In this document: piece after piece, positions 7,985-15,720 of the stretch
Numbering within the stretch: the stretch's first letter is position 1
Layout of the letters: each line of letters opens with the position of its first letter
Source of the DNA: a phage
DNA: 64,000 bases
Direction: 5' to 3' (one strand)
Sequence record: PV805630.1
Program-made: the position numbers and the translations under genes
The notes under the pieces: model-generated
The model's input: the letters and a program-made list of their open reading frames with translations, nothing else
Databases searched by the model: none
What the model was told of the DNA's origin: nothing

Positions 7985-8806
7985 ATGCCAACCTTAAAGA
8001 TTGCGTTTAATAAAACAACCAACGTTGCTATCGTGCTTGATTCAGATGGTAGTGTTCCAGATGGTTTTGCGGAAGTAGGTACTTTTGTACATCCTGATGC
8101 CACTTACCCTGATAGCTTAGTTATCTATCACGGTGTACGTGACCTGTTGTATAAACGTTCTGCTGAAGACCCTGCTGAAGAAGGTTTCTGGCCTAACAAC
8201 ATCGTGGATATGCAGTCGATCACTATTACCCCACAACTGGCTATTGCTACCGAACTGCCTAATGAAGTCTCTGCCATCGAAGGTGAAGATATTAACTGGC
8301 ATATTGATGTAGCAGGTGGTAAAGCACCTTTTACCTATAAGTGGCAATACAAAGCAGATACTGATGATGCAGTATTCACTGATATTGATTCTGATGACAA
8401 CGAATCTGCTGCTACTGCAACATTGACCATTAGTGGCGTAACCGCTGCTTCTGCTGGTACTTATAAAGTGATTGTTACTGATGCTAATGGAACCACGGTG
8501 GAAGATACCTCACTGCTGACTGTAAGCTACCCCGAAGCAAGTTCACTGGTAGCTACCCCTGATTCACTGGAACTATCTGTTGCTGACGATGCCACTGATG
8601 GCAAGACTGTAACCATTACTGCTATGCCTGTTGGAGCGTCTGTTGGTACTTTATCTATCAAGACTGCTCCGGATTCTGCCCGTGCTACAGCTACCATTTC
8701 TGATAACGTACTGACAGTTAAACCTGTGGCAGAAGGTGAAGCTACTTCTGTAGTAGTTACCAACGGTACTGTCGATGTAACCATCGCTATTACTGTTGCA
8801 GAGTAA
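7985..8806 (+). CDS. Ig-like domain protein (N4 gp17-like position, 273 aa)
   Basis: Ig-fold-like segment YKWQYKADTDD...ATLTISGVTAASAGTYKVIVTDANG; immediately downstream of RNAPII large subunit. Confidence 0.6.
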   Translation: MPTLKIAFNKTTNVAIVLDSDGSVPDGFAEVGTFVHPDATYPDSLVIYHGVRDLLYKRSAEDPAEEGFWPNNIVDMQSITITPQLAIATELPNEVSAIEGEDINWHIDVAGGKAPFTYKWQYKADTDDAVFTDIDSDDNESAATATLTISGVTAASAGTYKVIVTDANGTTVEDTSLLTVSYPEASSLVATPDSLELSVADDATDGKTVTITAMPVGASVGTLSIKTAPDSARATATISDNVLTVKPVAEGEATSVVVTNGTVDVTIAITVAE

Positions 8807-8856
8807 GAGTATCCCTTATTTGGGGTTATAAACCCTGAAAGGAATCCCTCTAGTTT

Positions 8857-8886
8857 GACCTCCCTATTGAAGGGAGGTCTTTTTTG
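8857..8886 (+). terminator. Intrinsic terminator
   Basis: GACCTCCC-TATTGAA-GGGAGGTC followed by TTTTTTG. Confidence 0.65.
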
Positions 8887-8910
8887 ACTTAAACAAACCG
8901 GAGCCAGGAA

Positions 8911-9096
8911 ATGAGATCTGAAACAGTCTTTGCTTTGATTGTTGGCTTTGCGTTTGGGCTATTCACTATGGGTGTGTTAATGACTCATATTGGCCCAAAC
9001 TCTAAGGCCAAGGTTGATGCTCGCAAGGCCGAATGTGAATTGAATATCCCTCGCAATCAAAACTGTGTAATGCAGTTCATACCGGAGAAGAAATGA
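8911..9096 (+). CDS. Small membrane protein (61 aa)
   Basis: ATG with GGAG-like RBS; hydrophobic N-terminus. Confidence 0.45.
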   Translation: MRSETVFALIVGFAFGLFTMGVLMTHIGPNSKAKVDARKAECELNIPRNQNCVMQFIPEKK

Positions 9097-9302
9097 GAGT
9101 AACAAATCGTTCTGAAAACACTGAAGTAACTTTCGGTGATGTGCAACCTGCTAACGGTTTTATTTATAACCAGTCTGTGTGTTTAAAGATTTACTTACCT
9201 GATGGTAAACCTGCTGCTGTTGCTGTAGAGACAGGAAAATCATTCTGTCTATCAGCAAGTACTTTTGTAACACCAATAAACCTGGAAGCATATTACCTAT
9301 GA
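9093..9302 (+). CDS. Hypothetical protein (69 aa)
   Basis: ATGA overlap with upstream gene. Confidence 0.45.
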   Translation: MRVTNRSENTEVTFGDVQPANGFIYNQSVCLKIYLPDGKPAAVAVETGKSFCLSASTFVTPINLEAYYL

Positions 9303-9484
9303 AACTTACCCAGTCCCAAGCAATCTTCCTTCGCATGGTTCAAGGTGGTTCTGCCACCAGCAACCGTAATAACAAAACCGCACAGTCTCTTAAGAAGCTG
9401 GGCTTAGTACAGTTCAATGCTGGTCTTGGGTGGTCATTAACCCCTACCGGCGTACTTCAACTCAACGGGTTAAAAGGTAACTAA
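9299..9484 (+). CDS. Hypothetical protein (61 aa)
   Basis: ATGA overlap with upstream gene. Confidence 0.45.
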   Translation: MKLTQSQAIFLRMVQGGSATSNRNNKTAQSLKKLGLVQFNAGLGWSLTPTGVLQLNGLKGN

Positions 9485-9811
9485 ATGAAAACTTTAATTG
9501 CTGTTGTTCTAGTAGCTTTATCAGTTCTTTCCTTCGGTGCTCAAGCATCTAGTCGTGCAACCTTGTTGGAATCTGCTGCTGATTACAAAGCTAATAATGC
9601 AAACTTTGTGAACCAGGGTTACTTCATGGGCATGGTTACTATGGGTGTGGAAGCAGGAAAGAATTGTGTACCTGACGGTATAAAATTAGGGCACATTTTT
9701 GACAGAGTGGCCTCTATTATTCTGTATGACCGAAAGGTTAATGCAGTAAAAGTACCATCAGACATGATTCTGTTAGCGATTGATACAGCGTATCCCTGCG
9801 TTAAATCTTAA
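9485..9811 (+). CDS. Small secreted protein (108 aa)
   Basis: N-terminal signal-peptide-like MKTLIAVVLVALSVLSFGAQA. Confidence 0.5.
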   Translation: MKTLIAVVLVALSVLSFGAQASSRATLLESAADYKANNANFVNQGYFMGMVTMGVEAGKNCVPDGIKLGHIFDRVASIILYDRKVNAVKVPSDMILLAIDTAYPCVKS

Positions 9812-9845
9812 TTAGTAATTCCATTAACTTTAGGAGAGTAAGTAA

Positions 9846-10898
9846 ATGGCGAGCATTGACTCCTTGACTGTATGTAATACACGCCAAGCCCGTAACTTTA
9901 TCATCCGTGCCCTGCAAGCAGGTAACGTACCGTTCCTGACTTCATCACCGGGCATGGGTAAATCTGCAATTATCCGCTCTGTTGCAGAAGAATTTGGCAT
10001 GAAGCTGATTGACCATCGTCTGTCTACTTCTGCCCCGGAAGACTTGTCTGGTCTACCATTCCGTAATGGTGACCGTGCAGAGTTTATTCCATTTGCTGAC
10101 TTGTTCCCTATCGAGGGAGACGAAGTACCGGAAGGATATAATGGCTGGCTCCTGTTCCTTGATGAGTTCAACTCAGCTAAGAAAGAAGTAGTAGCTGCTG
10201 CATACAAACTGATTCTCGACCGTATGACTGGACAGAAAAAACTTCACCCTAATGTGATGATTATCTGTGCCGGTAACAAAGCTACTGACCGTGCTATCGT
10301 TAACCCACTGGGTACTGCAATGCAGTCTCGTGTTGTCCACTTCGAAATGGAACTTAACTTCGACATCTTTGTTGAAGACGTAATGATTCCACAAGAATGG
10401 GATGAGCGTCTGGTTGCATTCTTACATGCTAACCCTGGTTATCTGCATGACTTCGACCCTGCCCATAAGAACAAAACATTCTGTTGCCCTCGTACCTGGG
10501 ACTTTGTTAACAAAGACCTCAAGAACCGACCAGAAGGTGCTCTGCCTGATGAAGATTCTATCTACTATGCAGGCCACGTTACTGCCGGTAAAGCTACAGA
10601 GTTTGTTCAGTTCACCCAGGTATACAATCGTATGATTACGATTGAGAAGGTAGTCAAAGACCCTTTGGGCTGTGCACTACCGGAAGATAATAACCTGTGT
10701 TGGGCTACCGTTAACCATCTGGCTAACAAGACTACAGAAGAGAACTTCGTTGATGTACTTAAGTACATTGAGCGATTCAAAACGTTCACTCATAAGATTC
10801 TGTACTTCCGTACAGCAGGTAAAGCATTACCAGAAATTCAGGCTACCCCTGAATGGCGTAAGGCTGCTGCCAATATTTCTCGTTACATTCACGGATAA
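9846..10898 (+). CDS. AAA+ ATPase, MoxR-like (N4 gp24-like)
   Basis: Walker A SSPGMGKS and Walker B LLFLDEF; AGGAG RBS. Confidence 0.75.
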   Translation: MASIDSLTVCNTRQARNFIIRALQAGNVPFLTSSPGMGKSAIIRSVAEEFGMKLIDHRLSTSAPEDLSGLPFRNGDRAEFIPFADLFPIEGDEVPEGYNGWLLFLDEFNSAKKEVVAAAYKLILDRMTGQKKLHPNVMIICAGNKATDRAIVNPLGTAMQSRVVHFEMELNFDIFVEDVMIPQEWDERLVAFLHANPGYLHDFDPAHKNKTFCCPRTWDFVNKDLKNRPEGALPDEDSIYYAGHVTAGKATEFVQFTQVYNRMITIEKVVKDPLGCALPEDNNLCWATVNHLANKTTEENFVDVLKYIERFKTFTHKILYFRTAGKALPEIQATPEWRKAAANISRYIHG

Positions 10899-10905
10899 TC
10901 ACAAC

Positions 10906-12081
10906 ATGAACCAGATACCTCAGCACACACTTAGTGATGAACAACTCATGCGCGAGTATGACCGTATTCAGGCCCAAGCCTTTCTAGGCAAGTCTGCTGC
11001 GTTTTTTGGTTCATTGCTGTGTAGTCTTAAGTTCTCATGGAAACGTGAGGACTGTCCTACTGCATGTACTGACGGGATAGAACTTCATTTCAACCCAGAC
11101 TTCTTTATATGGATGTGCCCAGATGCAAGAGAAACAGTGCTAATGCACGAACTCTGGCATGTGGCATATCTGCATGGAATCCGTTGTGGAAGCCGTGACC
11201 CAGAAGTCTGGAACCAGGCATGTGACCACTTCATTAACCTTCAGTTAGAGGAAGATGGTTACAAGTTCACCGGTATCGACGAAGGCATTTGCAAAGACCC
11301 TCAATATAAAGGATGGGTCGAAGAAGACATCTACGATGATCTGATGAAGAACCCTCAGAAAAGGCAGAAGCCGTCAGGGGGTATCGGAGCAGGTCTTGCT
11401 GGCGACATGAAAGCTCCCTCTTCGGGGCAGTCCCAGGGTGCTGTTGTCAACAACGTTGTACGTGCAATGCAAAGCCAGAAGATGGCTGGTGGAACAATGC
11501 CCGGTAAAGGTGCTGGTCGTATGGAAGAGGTTATTACCCAATTCCTTAAACCAGTGGTTCCATGGCAGGAAGTCCTGCTGAACTTCTTTACCGACATCGA
11601 TGACACACACTATACGTGGGCCAGACCTAACCGTCGTTTCACTGACGTCTATCTACCTTCTATGGAAGATGATGAAGGACGCTTACGACACTTAGCCTAC
11701 TTTGAGGATGTATCTGGTTCCATTAGTAGTGCTGACTCTCTGCGTTTTAACTCAGAGGTTGCCTACGTTAAGAGCCAGTTCAATCCTAAGAAGATGACCC
11801 TAATTACCTTCGACGATATTATCCAAGAAGAAATAGACATCACTGAAGAAGATACTTTTGAAGAGATTAAGATTACTGGACGAGGGGGTACAAACCTTGA
11901 ACCAGTGCGCGAATGGATTATTAAGAATAAGCCAACCGCTGCAATCATATTCTCTGATATGTATGTTCGTCCTATGGAAGAATTACCATTTGATATCCCT
12001 ATCATCTGGTGCGTTCTGAATAATCCCAATGCTACCGTACCTTTTGGGGAGGTAGTTCATATCCCTAAAGGAATGAAATAA
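10906..12081 (+). CDS. VWA-like partner protein with N-terminal HExxH motif (N4 gp25-like; start moved from 10672 to ATG 10906)
   Basis: ATG 10906 lies just after upstream stop; HELWH motif; adjacent to MoxR-like ATPase as in MoxR-VWA pairs. Confidence 0.6.
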   Translation: MNQIPQHTLSDEQLMREYDRIQAQAFLGKSAAFFGSLLCSLKFSWKREDCPTACTDGIELHFNPDFFIWMCPDARETVLMHELWHVAYLHGIRCGSRDPEVWNQACDHFINLQLEEDGYKFTGIDEGICKDPQYKGWVEEDIYDDLMKNPQKRQKPSGGIGAGLAGDMKAPSSGQSQGAVVNNVVRAMQSQKMAGGTMPGKGAGRMEEVITQFLKPVVPWQEVLLNFFTDIDDTHYTWARPNRRFTDVYLPSMEDDEGRLRHLAYFEDVSGSISSADSLRFNSEVAYVKSQFNPKKMTLITFDDIIQEEIDITEEDTFEEIKITGRGGTNLEPVREWIIKNKPTAAIIFSDMYVRPMEELPFDIPIIWCVLNNPNATVPFGEVVHIPKGMK

Positions 12082-12587
12082 TGATTGTTAATGGTAATTC
12101 TCTATACCGTTCATCTCAATTGCTGGATGTCCCAGACCGTAAGGTATCCGAGCATGGTGTAAGCTATGGATTAGGTGAAGCTGGTTACGATATTCGTATC
12201 AAACAAGACATTACCTTCTATCGCTTATTTGGGTTGATTCCAATGGTGAAAATCGTTGATGGAAAGCAAGTATCACGCCATCTCGGTAAATTCGCATTGG
12301 CTTCCGCAATTGAGAAATTCAACATGTCACCCTCCTGTGTAGCTATCGTTCACGATAAGTCCACATGGGCAAGACGTGCATTATCTGTGTTCAATACCGT
12401 AATAGAACCAGGATGGAAAGGGTATCTTACTCTCGAACTGGTCTATCATGGTCGTAAGAAACTGCATATCCCGGCTGGTGCTGGGATAGCTCAAGTATTA
12501 TTTCATCTGGTTCAAGAACCTGCCACATATACGGGCAAGTACAATAACCAGGAAAACAAACCAGTAGCTGCAAGAAGCAGTAAATAA
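12081..12587 (+). CDS. dCTP deaminase / dUTPase-superfamily enzyme
   Basis: AGYDIR and EPGWKGYLTLEL motifs typical of dCTP deaminase. Confidence 0.65.
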   Translation: MIVNGNSLYRSSQLLDVPDRKVSEHGVSYGLGEAGYDIRIKQDITFYRLFGLIPMVKIVDGKQVSRHLGKFALASAIEKFNMSPSCVAIVHDKSTWARRALSVFNTVIEPGWKGYLTLELVYHGRKKLHIPAGAGIAQVLFHLVQEPATYTGKYNNQENKPVAARSSK

Positions 12588-12596
12588 GGAAACAAC

Positions 12597-12797
12597 ATGT
12601 CTGTATTTCAAGTAACTCCTGTTGACAGTACCCAACGTAAAACTATTGTTGCAACTAACGTAGTAGACGTAGATGAAACTCCGGCTGGTGCTGTAATCCA
12701 TCTCATTGATGGGCGAACTGTAACTGTAAAAGAAAGCTATCGTTCAGTACGTGGTTACGTCCGTAAAGCTTTGACTGCTGTCTCTGATGCAGAGTAA
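12597..12797 (+). CDS. Hypothetical protein (66 aa)
   Basis: ATG with AAGGA RBS. Confidence 0.45.
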   Translation: MSVFQVTPVDSTQRKTIVATNVVDVDETPAGAVIHLIDGRTVTVKESYRSVRGYVRKALTAVSDAE

Positions 12798-12870
12798 GTA
12801 GCTGCCTAAATAGCCCGACATAGTTGGGCTATTTGTGAAGAAACTAACTCAACCTCACATAGGAACCATC

Positions 12871-13131
12871 ATGGAATCTTTAGCAGCAATTCTCGTTCTG
12901 TTATTTGCACTTGCTGTATACCTTATCCCTACTATTATTGCTTTTGCACGAGGCCATGCCTCTAAGTGGGGCATTGGTGTACTCAATATCGTATTAGGCT
13001 GGTCTTTAGTCTTCTGGGTAGTAGCACTGATTTGGTCACTGTCTAATAAAGGACAGTCTCAGACTACAATCGTTAACGTTGGTAGTGGTAACCAGTACAA
13101 CGTGTCTCAAACGAGCCAGTCTGATAAGTAA
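12871..13131 (+). CDS. Superinfection-immunity-like small membrane protein (86 aa from ATG 12871)
   Basis: YLIPTIIAFARGH...NIVLGWSLVFWVVALIWSL resembles Imm-type proteins; AGGA RBS before ATG 12871. Confidence 0.45.
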   Translation: MESLAAILVLLFALAVYLIPTIIAFARGHASKWGIGVLNIVLGWSLVFWVVALIWSLSNKGQSQTTIVNVGSGNQYNVSQTSQSDK

Positions 13132-13205
13132 CTAACCTAAGCATCATTGTATAGTGGTGCTTGTGGAAGTTGCTTCCAGCTCATTACTTATCCATCTCCT
13201 AATCC

Positions 13206-13234
13206 AAGCCCACCTAACCCGTGGGCTTTTTTAA
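13206..13234 (+). terminator. Intrinsic terminator
   Basis: AAGCCCAC-CTAACCC-GTGGGCTT followed by TTTTAATT. Confidence 0.6.
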
Positions 13235-13253
13235 TTACAGGTAGTAAATACTA

Positions 13254-13697
13254 ATGCGTATCCCATTCCTAAGAAAAAGGGAACGGAATCCTGTTCTTTA
13301 TAATAAAGGCATAGAGGATGAGTACGAACTCAACCATAAAGCCCGTTCCTACGCAGCAAAATTATTCATGGGGACTAGCAACCCTAATAGATTACTGGAC
13401 TTTGTTTTCGAACAAGTCTTTATCATATACAGTTTAGCTATGTCTGCTGGTTCACAAGAAATAAGTGATAAGGCAAGATACGCTCTCTGTATGCTCCGGA
13501 AAGAGTACGAAGCCATCCTGTATGAAGACTTGTACTCCTTTAAGAAAGAAACCGCTGTAGCGTGTTCTGTGGCTCTTACTGAAGGTATAGCAGTATTACA
13601 AGAACTACCCCGTAGTGAATTTAAGCTGGTATATGTACAGGCCAGGAGAATTACAGAAAACCGTAGTGGTATTACCAACTATCTAAGGTCATTCTAA
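13254..13697 (+). CDS. Hypothetical protein (147 aa)
   Basis: ATG start; stop overlaps next gene start. Confidence 0.5.
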   Translation: MRIPFLRKRERNPVLYNKGIEDEYELNHKARSYAAKLFMGTSNPNRLLDFVFEQVFIIYSLAMSAGSQEISDKARYALCMLRKEYEAILYEDLYSFKKETAVACSVALTEGIAVLQELPRSEFKLVYVQARRITENRSGITNYLRSF

Positions 13698-14641
13698 TGA
13701 TTAAGGCAACTGTCATTGCAGATTCCGTTCATCATGTAACGGGTACTCGTATTACTACCTTTGAATTGGTTTATCCTCGATTCATTCACAGTGAGTTTAT
13801 GACCCACCGTGTATTCAACCGCAATGCTTCAAGTAGTCGTGCTATCCCTACTTCTAAGTTTATTGAACAGGTTCGTAATGAACCAGTAATGCCAAGTCAC
13901 TGGGGCAAGAACCAGAAAGGTATGCAGGCATTTGAAGAATTGTCTGAAGACCAGCGTAGTGACGCAACCTTTATCTGGGAACAAGCTGCGTCAAGTGCTG
14001 CTACCTATGCTGAAATGCTACGTCGTGGACAAGTACATAAGCAGATTGTTAACCGTATTCTGGAACCATTCACACATATCCGTGTAGTGGTAACTTCAAC
14101 TAGCTGGGCTAACTTTTACGGATTGCGTGACCATGAAGATGCTCAACCGGAGATTCGTGAACTGGCTCAAGCAATGCGTAAGGCTCATAATGAAAGTGTT
14201 CCATCTAAGCTGTCCCAAGGTGTGTGGCATCTGCCTTATATTCGCAAGATTGATTGTATTAACGCTTACGATCATTGCAAACATCAACGAGTTACTTGTG
14301 ATAAACCAAGTGATGAAGAAGTTTTAGGCTTACTGCTTAAAGTCTCTGCTGCTCGTTGTGCTCGTGCCTCCTATAACAACTTTGAAGGCAAGCCATCTAC
14401 TATTAGTGATGACCTTGCTCTCTTTGCTAAGTTGGTAGAGAAACAACCAATTCATGCATCACCTACTGAGCATCAAGCTACCCCGATGGACTTCAGTACC
14501 AAGTTTGTTAACAACCAGAACCCATTAACCTGGGAACAAGGTGTTACTTCAATGGACCGTGAAGGTAAGCTGTATTCTGGTAATCTGTTAGATTTCATCC
14601 AATTCCGTAAACTAATCCCCGGAGAAACAATTACAGAATGA
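13697..14641 (+). CDS. ThyX-like (flavin-dependent thymidylate synthase family) protein with deviant signature
   Basis: THRVFNRNASSSR resembles the ThyX RHR-x7-S signature but with T in place of the first R. Confidence 0.45.
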   Translation: MIKATVIADSVHHVTGTRITTFELVYPRFIHSEFMTHRVFNRNASSSRAIPTSKFIEQVRNEPVMPSHWGKNQKGMQAFEELSEDQRSDATFIWEQAASSAATYAEMLRRGQVHKQIVNRILEPFTHIRVVVTSTSWANFYGLRDHEDAQPEIRELAQAMRKAHNESVPSKLSQGVWHLPYIRKIDCINAYDHCKHQRVTCDKPSDEEVLGLLLKVSAARCARASYNNFEGKPSTISDDLALFAKLVEKQPIHASPTEHQATPMDFSTKFVNNQNPLTWEQGVTSMDREGKLYSGNLLDFIQFRKLIPGETITE

Positions 14642-14874
14642 AACGTTTAGCTATCCAAGCAATATTTGTAAGTATCATCCTGGTTCTGGAATTTGTATTT
14701 GCACTACATGGTGCACAGAGCCTGGAAGAGATGTTCTTCGTAGTAGCCCGTTTCTCTGCATGTGTTCTTGGCTTATGGTGTGTGTATTACTATGCACGCG
14801 ACTATGTAGCCATCAAGGAACACGATGATGCTAAGGAACGTCTACGACAATTCGTAGAAGAGAATCGTAAGTAA
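14638..14874 (+). CDS. Small membrane protein (78 aa)
   Basis: ATGA overlap; two hydrophobic helices. Confidence 0.5.
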   Translation: MKRLAIQAIFVSIILVLEFVFALHGAQSLEEMFFVVARFSACVLGLWCVYYYARDYVAIKEHDDAKERLRQFVEENRK

Positions 14875-14879
14875 ACCTA

Positions 14880-14906
14880 AGACCTCCTACGGGAGGTCTT
14901 TTTTTG
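14880..14906 (+). terminator. Intrinsic terminator
   Basis: AGACCTCC-TACG-GGAGGTCT followed by TTTTTTT. Confidence 0.7.
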
Positions 14907-14933
14907 GCTTCAATTACTGTCCCAGGAGGACTT

Positions 14934-15158
14934 ATGGCAAGTTGGTATGCAACTATGTTGGAGAAAGATTCTAATGGACTATACAGGGAATCCGTCGGTA
15001 GTTTTAAAAACATCTGTATAGATGGGCGTTTATGCTTGATTAACGCAGTAGATATTACAGAAGAAACCCTGTCTAAAGAACCAGATTATGCAGGGTTTAA
15101 GCTGGAAAAACTTAATAGAGCCTGGGATTACAGAAATCCTTTTATTTATAAAAAATAA
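14934..15158 (+). CDS. Hypothetical protein (74 aa from ATG 14934; ORF track starts at TTG 14904)
   Basis: AGGAGG RBS 4-5 nt before ATG 14934. Confidence 0.45.
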   Translation: MASWYATMLEKDSNGLYRESVGSFKNICIDGRLCLINAVDITEETLSKEPDYAGFKLEKLNRAWDYRNPFIYKK

Positions 15159-15167
15159 GGAAACAAT

Positions 15168-15380
15168 ATGCCTGCTAAATACCGTATCAAAGACACCCCA
15201 CTAATGTGTGAGGGTGAGAAGGGTGACATTGTATATGCCTGTATCCAGGATGATTTCAATGCTGCTCTGATGTTAACCCAAATGACAAATACACTGCATG
15301 TATCAGTAACACTGGACCCTACCGGCGACTACCCATACTTCCCTATTCCTGCTCATAACCTGGAGCAAATCCGTGATTAA
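15168..15380 (+). CDS. Hypothetical protein (70 aa)
   Basis: ATG with AAGGAAAC RBS. Confidence 0.5.
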   Translation: MPAKYRIKDTPLMCEGEKGDIVYACIQDDFNAALMLTQMTNTLHVSVTLDPTGDYPYFPIPAHNLEQIRD

Positions 15381-15681
15381 TCCTGAAGTTATTCATAGTA
15401 AAACCGGTAGGGCTGTACCACTTAGTGATATTGCAGTTACCGGTGATATTGCTGCTTGCCCAGCTAATATCGCCTCCCTATGCATGTGCATTGCTGCACT
15501 AGCAGAGGAACGTAAATTATGGCTGGAACCAAGCAAAGAAATGGTACTGGCTGGTATGTCTGAACTGAATGCACTTCTGAAAGAAATGTATGACGAGGAT
15601 GGACAATTAGTTGAGCCAACCGATGACCAAATTTCTGATGCTGTAGTATTCGTACTTCAGGCAATGGCTTCAAAACGCTAA
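15373..15681 (+). CDS. Hypothetical protein (102 aa, GTG start)
   Basis: Overlaps upstream stop. Confidence 0.45.
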   Translation: MINPEVIHSKTGRAVPLSDIAVTGDIAACPANIASLCMCIAALAEERKLWLEPSKEMVLAGMSELNALLKEMYDEDGQLVEPTDDQISDAVVFVLQAMASKR

Positions 15682-15720
15682 TTAATTCAATAAGCAACAT
15701 TTAAACTGGAGAGTAAATAA

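Noticed and set aside
10672-10905. Long ORF-track start for the VWA-like gene
   Set aside because: It would overlap the upstream ATPase gene by 227 nt in another frame; ATG 10906 lies directly after the upstream stop.
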